From Octopus bimaculoides (lineage: Eukaryota), in the NCBI RefSeq assembly GCF_001194135.2, contig NC_069000.1, positions 130,113-194,112 of the forward strand: a stretch of DNA of 64,000 bases, written 5' to 3'. Positions within the stretch are counted from its first letter, which is position 1. Each line of letters starts with the position of its first letter. The notes below the pieces were generated by a model. The model saw only the letters and a list, made by a program, of their open reading frames with translations, was not told the origin of the DNA and searched no databases. This document shows positions 1 through 57,327 of the stretch, one piece after another. The translations under genes and the position numbers were made by a program.

Positions 1-24
1 GACGTGTGTGTTTATTGTGTTGAA

Positions 25-59
<35 letters not shown>

Positions 60-329
60 TAATTACGTTGTTGGCTCCCTAAAAATCAGCCATCACCAAA
101 ACCCCGACTCCAGAGTGAACCAACAAACACAGAAAGGGACAGAGAGAGACAGACTGGCAGCAATAAAAGATTGTCAGCAATGGTGACCGGTGATGTTGGA
201 TGCTGCAGCCGAGCCATGGAAAAAAGCATCCTCTGGTGGAGTGTCAGAAGACCATATTTCTTGTATGTGTGTCATTAAAACTCCATAGTCAGACTATTGC
301 CTAGTTAGTGTGCCAAGGGCCTGGCGGTA

Positions 330-44029
<43,700 letters not shown>

Positions 44030-47000
44030 CTGGAATAAAAGGGAAGAGAAAGATTAATAAGGTTAATGTTGATGGCCAGCAAGTTGTGTAGCAAACTAAA
44101 TTCTTCTACAATGTGCTCCATTTCCTTCTTTTGACAAAATAACTAAAGTTGGATATTTCAGTTTAGGGATGCAAATATCCTTATCCTGAAAGGTTGAGCT
44201 TTATTTTCATCCTCATGATTTTTTTTTTCTCAGTGATATAAATTAACGAACCAGAAACATTTCCATAATGTGGAGGACTCAAGAGAGATGGTGAAGGAAA
44301 GACAACTCGGCTAGAAGGAGAAAGACAAAGAAAGATGCAGAGAGAAAGCGAGAGGCATAAGAAGAGAGAAACAAAGAGATGTATAGAAAGAAAGGAGGCA
44401 GAGCAAGTGAAGATCAGGGCTGACTGAGTTGCTAAGCAACAACATTTACACAATTCATTAACAGGAACTTTATTCTAGAAAGTTCACAACACACATTACC
44501 TTTCACTCTCAAGAAACAGCTGGGAAATTTCCCTGAACTTATACTTCACCATCTTAAAAAAGGTAGACAATATAGCCCTTGATAGACTATGCCTCATTTA
44601 TGGAGCCCAGACTGTCACACACGATCATTATTGGTTTGTGTTGTAGAGCTAATGGTCCTTGCTGACACAGGACATCTGACGAATGCTGTAGCATGTTATG
44701 AATCTAATCTAATCTTCTGAAGTGGTGTCCTCTGAAAAGATTAGCTCTTGGTGGAGAACAAAAAGCATCTCATCCTGCTAGCATCCAACAAAATGAAAAC
44801 AAATTTCAAAGAATGCTTTGGACAAAGAGGCAACATATGAAAGTGCTGTATTCCTGTAGAAGTGATTATTTATTGTTTAATGTAAAGAACAAAATGAAAG
44901 GCAAGTGTTGTGAATGTGCTTATGTGAAGCATCACAAGAGAACAATCCAGTTGAGTTGAATGGAACATAGATATCTGTTCATTCCTCAATTTCGCTAAAT
45001 TTATTTCTTTTCCTGTACAACCATGGTTTATATGGGCAATTTTGAAAAAGTTTAGCCCTCACTTGCATTTGCTAATAAAATATATTATGTAAATATAATA
45101 AATAAGTCAACCATGATGGACAGAGAGAAGAGTGAGAATCAAAGCAATGAGGTACGTGTGCACTGATAATACACTCTGGCACATCTGAACATGAATATGC
45201 TAATCACTGATGTGTTTTAACAGTGGAGAACAACTTTGCCTTTCACAATATGTCAGGTCTATTAAGAGGACTGAGACAAAGCAATATTGCAACCTGGTTG
45301 TATCTGTTCAGTCAAAGCTATCCCTAGATCAACAAGAATGGTGTCTGAATAGGAATAAAATTATTCATTAACTGTTCTGATGAATTCTGAAGGTGTTGAA
45401 ACATGTACAGAGGGTGAGAGGGAAAAGAAACAATGATAGAGCATACTTTGACTGGATTTGAACCTTTACTCTTTGATTTGCAATAAAAGCTAAATAGAAA
45501 CAATGGCAGAAAAAAATCTTTCACATAAATACAATAGAGAAGACTATACTCTAAGTGGATAAATAAACTATTCAACTAGCAGGAAATTAGTGGACAAAAG
45601 ATTTATGACACAAGATTTATGACAGATGGGTTTGATGCAAAATCAATTTAAATGAGAACCGAGTTTTTTCCCTCTTAAATTTAGACAGAAGCTTTTTGGT
45701 TTTGTTTTTTAATATTTAAGATAAAAACAAATAACCCAGATGTTACCGACCCAAAAATTGTATAACCTTACAGACAACTGATGTGTTAGGGTTCAGCAAA
45801 TGAAATATGCTATGTAAATATAGAATCATTATATACATATATATTAAAAAAAAGGCTGTGTAATTTATTTTGGCTCTTTACATTCTGAAAGTCAACTTTA
45901 CCTTTCATCAACAATAAACTGATGCACCAATTGAGCAAAGGAGTTCATGGAATCAGTTAATGCCCTCTACAATCAGCCATAAAAGGCATAAGGGCCACAA
46001 CACAACATTTAATGTAAACAAAAACTAACAAATAACAGTATGAGAAATGTATGGAATGTCAAGAGCCCCCTATTGGAATATATTAGAGGACAGTGTCGAA
46101 GATGAGGATTGATTTGCCAAAAAAGGGTCACTACAGGAAAGCATTGCAAAGCACTGGCTTCTGTCAGTTGATCAATGTCTATTATTTGTCTGCATCTTTC
46201 TTTCTTTTTCTCTGTGCATACACACACACACACACACACACACAATGTAGAGAGACAGATCCACTGTGTGTGTCTATCAGTTCACATGTCTGTTAATTCC
46301 CAATAAAAGCAACCAGTACTAAAACAGCAGCCAACGACAGGGAGCGCAGACCTAACTTGTCTCTCCCCCTTACAGCTTAGATGGAGAAAGGAGAAATAAG
46401 GGAGTTTTGTTTAATGAACAGTTTAGCAACATAGACAAAACAATAACAGTGCACATAATTCTTTTCCCACAACCTCACCCCTCATAGAGCTTATTTCTTA
46501 ACACCTGCTTGGAATTAGTGACAAACAGAATGCATCAGCTTTGGACCAGCTACGTTATACTTATATAGGCTGTGTATATATTAGTAAGAGTTACATAAAT
46601 GATTAATACCCGTCTGACTCAACCCCCAAATGGCTTAAGCCTTTAGCATTTAAACTGGTCATAGCTGACCTAAATATTCTATCAGTTTTATGTTCAAATT
46701 GACCAGATCGAGCCTATCACACCTACCCTACACTATCATTCTAGAAATACTGGTTCCCTCCACTTTGCCTTTTCATTGGAATTATAAGGATTATACAGCA
46801 AAAGCTTTAAACAATTGGGACTGACTAATGAGCCAAAGAGCCAGTTCTATGAGGCCTTTTTGAATATTGCCTTGTTAACATGACAGTGACGTCATTATCA
46901 AAGCAGGGAACATCTAGAGCAGCCCCTTGATGGCTACAGATCTGAAAAAGAGGAAGGATCAAGGTTTCCGGAGACCTGAAATGCAAATGAACCAACCAGC

Positions 47001-48225
47001 CAATTAATCAGGTGAACATACAAGCCAGATAAATTTCCTTTTCATTTGGATACAAAACAGACTGACAGTTGGAAATATTAAGTCAGTTCCTCCAGTGACC
47101 CAATATGGCCTACTAATTAGTGAGTTCAGAATAACAGTTAGATGGACAGAGAGAGAGAGACAAAAAGATAGTTTGGAGAAGGAAGGTGCAAAACAAACAC
47201 TCTTTTGCTGGATGATGAATAAGAAGAAAGATGAAAAGAGTAGACAGAAGACAATGGGCGATTTCAATGGAATAATTTGCTGAAAGCTACAGACCAGATC
47301 TGATCTGTGGCAGAGATACAACTAAACAAGGGTAACATGATGGTTGAATAATAGCATGGATGGAGCCATATAAACTAAATGAAAAGCCAGGAAAAAATGG
47401 AAGAAGGAGTGAAAGACTGATGGCCTGTTGCTAGAAATAACAAAAAGATGTTCCATAGGCAGAGAGAAGCTGGAAGCTTGAGGTTTGCCTGTGTTTCATG
47501 CTAAGGGGATCTAAGGCAAAAGATGTTCCAGATTGCAAAGAGATATTAGAGTAAATTATGTTGCAGAATGATAGTCTCTTAATCCTAAACAGTTTTAATC
47601 CATGTGCAACTGAAGTTTTTGCAAGGACTTAGGTTAGCAAATAACTGTTCACTAAGTTAAACATTACTTTGGCCCTTTCCCAGTCCCTTTTCTAACCTGT
47701 ATCACACGTCTAATGAAACAATTATACTCACAGCCATTTCAATCGTCCCAAGCATTAACAACCTAATGCCAAACATCCTGTATAAGCTTTCTCAGTTATC
47801 AGATAATTGAACAAGTTTCTCAAAACATGTCCCAATAAAGCTCAGGGCAGAAATGACTGTAACAATAAAATCTATTCAGAAAACACACTCAACCTTCACA
47901 CGGTTAAAATCTGAGACACTTTTTGCTTTAAAATTGATAAATATAAAAAGGTTATTTTTTGCAGCCACAAGTACCTAAAAATACGCCAACGTAAGGAATG
48001 TCCTACACACTCACGCACACATTCTGCATGGAAATGTTAATAGAAGCACATGCATTCAATGTTCAAACAAATTGTGAGCAAGTAAATATGAAAAGCAACA
48101 TGTGAGACTGTGTGCTGTTATATCTATCTATCTATCTATCTATCTACATTATCTGGTCTTAGTAGACACATGACATGTGATCTTCTTCTAGCACATTAGC
48201 AGTCCACCTAGTGGCCTCCTTTATA

Positions 48226-48271
<46 letters not shown>

Positions 48272-48439
48272 CACACATCCATGTCTTAACTTATGTAAAC
48301 ATCAATTTATATACACACAAACACAATTCAGAGACATTTTATGTAAACATCAAATACTGCTTTGGCAGAAGAGTGAAAAACCTAACAGGTGAGAGTAAGA
48401 TAAGAGAATACATAACATGAATCACTTTTCTGAACTGCT

Positions 48440-50300
48440 TTTAATGGCCTAGATGTCAGTGGAAACGTCACTCGACAACTTACGAGCTTGTCTTTCATGT
48501 CTCCGCACTCACACGTATGCTTATTATGCGGGTTGCCTGCGGGCATTAGAAGAATGGCAATCATGAGAGGGGTCCGCTGAACTCATGGGGGTGCGCGCGC
48601 GCGCGGTTTTATGTTCGACACATGCTAGCATGGGTCAGACAAGTCACCATGGTCCGATTCTGTTCTGTTTTTGCCTCTTAGTTTACAACAATGCCACACA
48701 CAAACTTCACGCACGCACAATCTTCATTTAACGTACGTTTTCCATGCTGGCATGTGTAAGGAGGTTCGACAGGAACTGGCCAATCAAAATATGTAAGTTT
48801 GTGTCAATCCCACCTGATCCATACAAGTACGAAAGAGTAGACGTAAATAACGAGAAAGAGAGAGAGATCTCTCAACTAATACATTACTGAGGCACTTTTG
48901 ATGGGGGGGGGGGCTGACTCCTCTCACCAGAGCAAACATTCATTTACTATTTTAATATTCGTAGTCGTTGTATAAATATTTTAAAATGTATCCTAGAATT
49001 TATAAGAAGTAAAAGTAATTTGGACAAAGAGAAAGTCAGAAAATACTTTTAAGAGAAAAAAAAAAAAAAAAAAAAAAAAAAAAGGAAAGTAATTTTTAAT
49101 TCGAGCAGATTTAGAAATAATACAAAGGAACGTGGATCTAATAACAACAACAACAATAATCGTTGTTTCTGACTCAATTTTGAGGTTAGTCCTATTACAT
49201 CGACCCAGGAAGAATGAAAGGCTGATCTCGGCGACATTTGAATACAAAACTACAAAGCGGGACAAAAAGACAATTACTTTCGGACACTTACCTTTCATAA
49301 TTACACACACACACACACTTGCGATTTTCTCTTCAGCCAAAAGCGGAGAAGGGATGTAGGCTTTAGAATTTAATAGAATTTACTAACCGTAACCTTTGAC
49401 ATTCGACATGATATCCTGAATTGAGCTGAGGTCATCGTTTTCGTGGTCACCACCACCACCACCACCACCACCTTCACCACCGAAGGTAGCCATCCCAGCT
49501 GACAAAACTGGTTAATTTAACGAAGGTACTCCTTGGGTCGTATTTATCTTATCACAGTCGAAGCTAACACACATTCTCACGCACACACACGCTTTATACA
49601 TTCATAGATTTACATTGTTTATGTGTATATACATATTTATGCATTTATAAGATGGACGTAGCCATGTGGACTCATGACAAACAAGGTGTTACATAGAGAC
49701 AGACAGGCAGCGACGTTTGAAGCTGGCTGACTGGCTAAAATTGAATTCGTTGAAACGATAAGATCTGGTATATGTGTAAATATCCAGAATGGAAGACGAA
49801 CAAAAATAGAGCAACAACGAAATAAAAAAAGAAAGAAAAGCCACAAGAGACAAAAACAAGAGCACGCAGTGAATGAATTAAGGTTGCGAACAATATAAGC
49901 GAATGAGAGAGAGAGAGAGAGAGGGAGAGAGGGAGGGAGAAACAGAAGAAGGAGAAGGAAGAGGAGGCGAGAGAGAGAGAGGTGCAGTGTGAGTGAGGAG
50001 AAGGGGAGGTGAAAGATGATGGCAGCTTTCATCCAACACTTTAAATAACTAGCAGTCACATCACCGCGCCACCCTCCACATGAAATCACGAGTTGGCGGT
50101 TAATCCTGTCATCATCCATCGTTCACCAGCATCGCCAACACCTCCGACACTGCTTTAAGTTGGGGAAGAGGATGAGGGTGGAGATGTATTCAGCATCACC
50201 ACTCTCGGCTCCGATGATGTTTCGAGGCACACAAAGCATTCTTAGATTCAGTCTCGCATCCATACCGACTCACATTCGTGTGTGTGTGTGTGTGTGTGTA
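48440..50300. promoter_or_regulatory. CpG-rich, probable promoter/5' region of the ClC gene
   Basis: Dense retained CpGs, including a (GC)n run near 48592-48604, against a strongly CpG-depleted background; 4.4 kb upstream of core exon 1; several donor-like sites. Confidence 0.55.
49292..49298 (-). CDS. Candidate minimal first coding exon MK(G) in the CpG-rich region
   Basis: ATG AAA G followed by a full consensus donor AAG|GTAAGT, phase 1. Confidence 0.3.
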
Positions 50301-50465
50301 CGTACATATAGATAGGTAGATAGACGGATGACTATATGTGCGTATGTGATATACATATGTGTGTATATATTTACGTGTGTGTGTGTGTATATATATTATC
50401 TATAGTTATATATGTATGCAGATATCTATACATATAAATAGTTACATATATATGTAAAAATGTGC

Positions 50466-50529
<64 letters not shown>

Positions 50530-50956
50530 AAATACATGTATATGTGTATGGGTATTGCTATTGTCTATCGTGTGTCCATCATTTTACAACTTTATTTTTA
50601 TCTTTATTTCTTGTCTCCTCCTAACAGCGAAATACTTACCAGACGCACAGTGTAAGAGTACACCTTTTGATGCAAGTCTGATGAAGTGTCACTCTACTGT
50701 TTAAAACTGTAAATATTACGTAACTTCTCTCGTTGAACTTTTGCGTGAATGATGTTAAAGACAGAGTGGTGCAGAAACAATTGTAACTGGTCATTAAAAA
50801 TGTGCTTAACTCTGTCTTTTTTTGGATCATTTTATGTGAGCGTGTGAAATTAAATGAATGACAAGGGAACAGGAATTATGTAATATATGTTTTTATATAT
50901 ATATGACATTAAATGATTATATATATATATATATATAGGATGTTAAACGATGATTT

Positions 50957-51013
<57 letters not shown>

Positions 51014-52486
51014 TTCTATTCCTTCCTTGACTTAATTCTGTTCCTTCAACATGACCACATCATTCAAAATACTGCCTGGATTTACATGGGATTATACCTA
51101 AGGGCTGACACCTGCATGGAAGTGCAGACCAACCTCCATACTCTCTGGAAAAAGATGAGCTATGAACTTTTTGGGTGCCACCAAAAACATTTATTAACCA
51201 ACAGTGACCCCTGCTGGTTCATACTAACATGCTTCCCCTCATCCTCATGCCCCCAGCAGTGATTCCCAGGCTGCCCTTGTGTCAAAGAGCATTGGCAAAC
51301 GTTCTGCCTGGCCTCATTCCCTTTCTTCCAACAACTGACTCTTAGCTTTTATGGTTCTGCCTACAACATCATTCTATGAGCATGGCATCTTTTCACCTGG
51401 CTGGAATCTTGCTCCATCTGCAGATCAGGTCAGTGGCTTGCAGCAGGTTGTCTTCTAGGCTTCTCTCATTTCCTCCTTTGAACCTGTGCCGAGCCAATGG
51501 ATCTTTTTGCTTCCTTATCTTCCCTTTGCACCTTTGGGTCTGTTTAGTTCTTATTCTCATGAACATAACCCCTAATTTATGATAAACTCTTCACTGATAA
51601 TGCAAGTTAAATTAATGTCCCCTAACAATCAATCTGTCCTATTTCTAGGCCTGTCTTATTTATGTCCATGTTTAGATATACAAACAGCTGCGAAAATATA
51701 TTCAATGTAAGTTTCTCGGTCCTTTTGGAAGGAATGGGGATGGTGGGGATTGAATGAAATTAATCACACACACACAAGCATACATAATTTCTGTACACCA
51801 AAGCACAGAAGGAATGTGGTTACATTATTTCACTAACAACAATGCTTTGTAATATTTAAATGCATATATTTCAATAAATAGCTAAATAGATATGTGTGTG
51901 CGTGTGTGTGTGTGCACACACACACATTCATTACAGTCACGTAATTCATTCAATGTCCTTTTAAAATGCCAACAGCCAAATGATGAGGATGATGATGGTG
52001 TATAATCATAGAAAGAAATATCTAGGACAAACTAAGACATCCCCCACAGTTTCATCATCAGTCCCACCCACCCCACTTTTATATCCCTCAAGCTGTTATT
52101 TGTTTTCCCTTTTTTGTCTTTGTTTTCAAATACATCTAAACTACACACTCTGCCAAACTAGAGACCTACTTCATAATAGGTGAATCAGTATATTAACTAT
52201 TATTAATATTTAGTTGAAGGCAGCCATCTGACAGACTCATTAGCTGGACAAAGCCATTTCATCCATCTTTAAGTTCTGAATTGAAATTCAGTTTTACCTT
52301 TCAACCATTCAGGGTTGATAAAATAAATACCACTTGGACATTGGGGTTGATGTAATTGACTATCCCCCACCCCCAAAATTTCAGGCTTATAATAGAAAGG
52401 ATTATTATTATTATTTAAATAAAATATGGTCTGTTGTCTTCTGCTGAAAGAAGGTCATCCCTTGACCCTAGGGTTACAGCAGGTCC

Positions 52487-52640
52487 TCATCTCATGGAGA
52501 GTACATGGCGTAAAATGTATGTGGAACCTAGCAACACTATTTTCTGAAGTTCTCCCACGTTAACACTGCAAGGGAGTTTGTTGAGCTGCTTATCAAGGCC
52601 ATTTTTAATTAGTCCTAATGCTCCAATCACCACTGTTGTT
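52487..52640 (-). mobile_element. 3' end of an RLE-type (R4/Dong-like) non-LTR retrotransposon
   Basis: VVIGALGLIKNGLDKQLNKLPCSVNVGELQKIVLLGSTYILRHVLS* fits the VIGALG...LQK..LLG...ILR C-terminus of this class. Confidence 0.65.
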
Positions 52641-54103
52641 GCAGCTGCTGCAAAGGCCTCCGCACACTCAAATTCTGATCGAGCCAACTTGTATACACGT
52701 CAATTTGAACAGGTGTGTACGAGTGAGTGTCACATGCACACAACATGCCTGGGAATGTGTGCTCATACACATCTGTTGTTATGTGTGAGACAGACAAACA
52801 GGCGGAGATAGTGAGTCATAATCTATCTAGAGTGAAGGGTAAACAATGAAATTTGTAATTATTTATGTATAAATCATTATGCTATGACATGACCATCAAG
52901 ATATTCACAAAACACACAAAACACAAAGGTAAAAGCAGCAGTTGATAAGAAAGATAGCTTAACTCATTTGATGCACAATTGAAGTTATCAGAGAATGTGG
53001 CAGAGGTCAACTAAAAATTACTCTTAGTCAGAAACAGGTGTGGTTTAAAGCACCTGGGTAGACAGAAAACCAGGTAACACTTTGTCATTCACCTAAGTCA
53101 ATGAAGGACATACACTAAAGGGATTACCTTCTACCCATTTTGCCAAATGAATGGTTAAATAAACCAACGAGAGAGCCTTTACATGGATGTTTGACCAGCT
53201 ACAGAATCTGCATAGCAAAATGCTGGGTTGTGTTGCCATTCATGAGAAAATAATCAAAGACAAGAAATTTTAAGAACTTTGGAAGAAAAATCTGTCTTCC
53301 ATTCTTTGCAGCTTTTTCCTGAATTTCAAATCTTAATCTCACCAATTATGAAGAAATGATTATCTGCCTTGTAATAAATGTCCACTAGGGGGCAACATGA
53401 GTTTGAAAAACAAGGTTCATCTTTCATCTCTTACTTGTTTCAGTCACTGAACTGTGACCATGTTGGGGTACCACCATGGGGTACCACCTTGGGGTATTAC
53501 CACCCGTTGAAGAGTTTAGCCAAACAAATCAACCCCAATATTTTTTTTTTTTAAAGTCTGGTACTGATTCTATTGATCACTTTTGCTAAACTGCTGAATT
53601 GTAAGGAATGTTAACAAACCAACACTGGCTGTCAAATGCTGGAGGTGCAAACAAATACGATATACACACGTGTGCACACACACACACACATAACATTATC
53701 AACTACATAAACTTAATGTACATGCTCCATATATTTGCCAGTAGGCTGCAATTTGGCACAGTGGAGAATACTTTTTCAAGTGGCAGGTGTTAAAACACCT
53801 GAAAGTTATGGACAGGTGAGATAACTCATCTCTAATCCCATCTAGGAGTGATGAGTATCGATGTGGTGACATTTTTGTGACTTAACATCTCTAACCTGAA
53901 CAGGATTAGAGATGAATCATTTTGCCAGTCCACAACATATTTACACAAACAGGTTTCTTTGAGCTTTCATTTGCCAAATTTACTCACATGGGATTGGTTG
54001 GCCCAGGGCTATAGTAGAAGACACTTGCCCAAGGTGCCACACACTGGTTAAGAAGTATCATTATGGCTTTTTAACCACACAGCCATCATAATACGTCACT
54101 CAC

Positions 54104-54239
54104 CCTGATGACAACCAAAATTAATAAAGTCTAAAACTATCTGAGCTTTATTAAACGTAACAGTTTGTCTGTCTGTCTGTCTGGCTGGGTGTCTGTCCTC
54201 TTCCCTTTTCCAATCCTCAGGAAAATCTTGGTAGTGCAT
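54104..54239 (-). CDS. Candidate alternative first exon of ClC: MHYQDFPEDWKREEDRHPARQTDRQTVTFNKAQIVLDFINFGCHQ(G)
   Basis: ATG at 54239, open 136 nt, donor AGG|GTGAGT in phase 1; part of the frame is a (GACA)n repeat. Confidence 0.38.
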
Positions 54240-56229
54240 AGAAAGACATTTGACTGCGATTTTGAGCACAAGAAAAAGACCACAAAGAGCCTTCCTACTC
54301 CTCAACCACACACTGTTGGTTCCTAGGGTTGTAAATAGTAGCACTGCTGGGGGGGGGGATTAGAAGTGTTGTTGTTGTTGTCAGTGAGTAAAGTTTATGT
54401 CCTTAGCAACAAAACAAAACCAACTTTATCAATTTAGGTTAATTATACATCACACAACACATGATAATATGGTGCAATATACATACATATGAATGTATGT
54501 ATGTATGTATATGTATGTGTATATACAAATATATAAATATATATAGATATATATATGCATAGACACGCACACATATAGTTATAACAAACATATTAGGCCA
54601 TGTCATGCACACCATCTTGGGGTTAAAACCAAATTTTTAATGGTCAAGGCATTATTTATGAATGACTGGTGTGAAATTTGTTCCCCTATTCACACACACA
54701 CACACACATACTTCTATGTCTGATCCAATCAAAAACAAGATACAAACACACACACACACACACACACATGCATGCAGACACAGACACACGGGTCACCTTC
54801 ACACACAAACTAATGCATATGTGAATCACCTGCTGCAGTGACACACTCCCCCTGCATGAAACAAGCCAATGAGAGAGGAGAGAGAGAGAGAGCATACATA
54901 CAGTCAATCTATGTGCTAGGAATAGCAGTCAAATCTCACTCACATCCAATCCCATTCATTTTGAAAAAGAAGGACACATTGGCTAAGAGGGTTGTGTGTC
55001 CATTGTGCCAAGGAAAAAAAGTGATTAAATGGCCATGGATGGAATGCATGTGGTTGTAGGTTCTCATGGATCAGAGCCGACTTGGGGCTAAACAATAGCA
55101 ACTACAAACTCGTGTACAGACNNNNNNNNNNNNCTGAGAATATATTGCAAGGAGTCACCGAAATTCTAAGACAGCAGACTGACCAATCCAGTTAAGCACT
55201 CTCTATGTAACACAGCTAATTGTACAGGGATGATGCTGTTTAGTCCCTGATTGAGCTGAATGAAGACGTTACCTCAGTGAACCCCTTGTCCCTTTACTGA
55301 ATACTGCAGATCTGAGGCTACATTATTCAAAACCCCCTATAAAAGGGAAGAAAGGGTAATTTCTAATGTGTTGGTGGGTTTTTCTCTCAGCAGGGTTCGG
55401 GCATGAGTTATATGGTTGTAGGTTGGTACTTCGGGTCTGTGTCTACCCCAGACCCTGCTGAGTGAAACTGGGTAGAATTAAAAGAAGTGGCAAGCTGTCG
55501 GGTGGGCTTGTGCCTCTAAAATACCAGAAATTCAATGGTCTAACCTTGTCACAAACTGTATGACATCAGACTCACATGTGTCTAAGGAACACTCAGCCCA
55601 CTTCCATGTAAATACAAAAGAGGAGAGAAGTCAGGTGATCAAACAACTGAAAGTCCATCATCCAAAACTGACAGAAAATCATTTCCTTCTTTGCTTTACA
55701 TTTGTATGTGTGTATGTGTAGTAGGTGTTTGTGTGAGTGAGGGAGGGATTGATTAAGAGAGGGAGGAAGATAGGGAAGGAGAGGGGGAGGGAAGTAAAGC
55801 ATATGTCACAGCTTTGAAGAAAATTATTACACCCCAACCCACAAAAAAACTTAATGACGATTGTGAAAGTTTTGAAATTTCCATTAAGTGATATGTCAAT
55901 CTTTCAGGTCTTTATTGCCTAGTACCAGTAATTGCAGTGGTACTGATAGACCAGATGATGTGGGATTAATAAAATTTATTGATATTATTCACCCTTTCAA
56001 TGCAACCAACTTACCCACTCCCCCTAGAATTGCTGGCCTTGTGCCAAATATTGAAATCATTATTATTATTATTATTATTATTGTGGTGGTGGTGGTGAGC
56101 AGGCAGAATCTTCAGCATCCTGGACAAAATGCTTAGCAGCATTTTTTCTGTCCTTAAGTTCTAAGTTCAAATTTCTTGGAGGTCAATTTTGCCTTTGGTT
56201 CTTTCAGGGTCAAAATAATCTTATTTCAA

Positions 56230-56520
56230 TATAAACAGCGGATGACCTTGCAGGTGGGGCCCAGTTAGAATTTTCTTCAGGTTGAGTAGCCCGTCACGCT
56301 CAAAAGGTCCCTGAATAAGGTTTGTTTGAGAATGATGAATGAAACACCCATGTTTCCAGAGGTGAACAATTCAAACCAACAAAAACATTTCTCTTAACTA
56401 TGATGCTCCCCCCACCCCCACTACTTCTGCTTGTGATCAGAGATGCACATATTGTCAGCCACCAAGGGACATGGTCAACTGGTTGAGGTCAAACGACTGA
56501 CCTGCAAATCTGTAGGTTAG
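56230..56520 (+). repeat. Copy of an abundant Octopus-like interspersed repeat
   Basis: gaccttgcaggtggggcccagttagaattttcttcagg...gatcagagatgcacat, recognised from memory only, not searched. Confidence 0.45.
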
Positions 56521-57284
56521 GGTGATGACCATAGTGCAATGGGGGTGTTGGTGGAGAGGGCAAGGTGGTGGAATGATGGTGACGGCAGGGGGGTTGTTTG
56601 TAGAGGCTGTAGTGGTAGTGGTAGTGGTGGGAGGAGGAGACAGAATGCAGATAGTCATGGGAGGAGGAGAGTAGAAGGAATGTAGGAGGAAGCTAAGGGA
56701 GGAATAGGAAGAGAGCTGACAGGGAGGGGAGAGTGTAACAGGAGAGGAATGGTGAGAGAAGAGAGTGAGTAGCAGAAGGAGAAAGTGGGCGGCTAAAAAA
56801 AAAAGGTAAGAGGAGAGAGTGGAGGGAGGAGAATGAAAAGGTAGGAGGAGAAAGAAAAAGGTGGGAGGAGAAAGAAAGAACTGAATTGGTTTTGGTAGAA
56901 AAAGTTGTAAATATTTCGTAAATTGGTTTTTCTCTTTTTCTTTTCGTTTTGATTGGAAATTTTGGTTTAGCAATGGAATTGATTTGATGATCAATGATTG
57001 TTGCTCCCATCAATAGCAACACCACCACCACCACCACAATCAGTGTCTGTCTGATTATGCTACCAGGTCATGAAACCTCTATGTGGTTACTTGGCTGACT
57101 AGAAATAGAGGACAAGTCTCTCTCAAACAAACAGCACATTACAGGATGAAGAAGTCCTGAGTAAATCATGCTCGGAGTCATGGTTGGAATGTGTTTGATC
57201 TAGACCTAGGGTTAAACACCAGTGAAAATTCAGCCACAAGGGCAGATGAGCCTTTATGTAACAGTGCTTAATAGTATCATACAC

Positions 57285-57327
<43 letters not shown>

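Noticed and set aside
46887-46894. Perfect CRE palindrome TGACGTCA in the first intron (also an E-box CACGTG near 6340)
   Set aside because: Single short motifs are expected by chance in 64 kb.
49637-50119. 160-aa minus-strand ORF (MDDDRINRQ...)
   Set aside because: Largely GA-repeat-derived low complexity with no recognisable domain or donor; better explained as promoter/UTR sequence.
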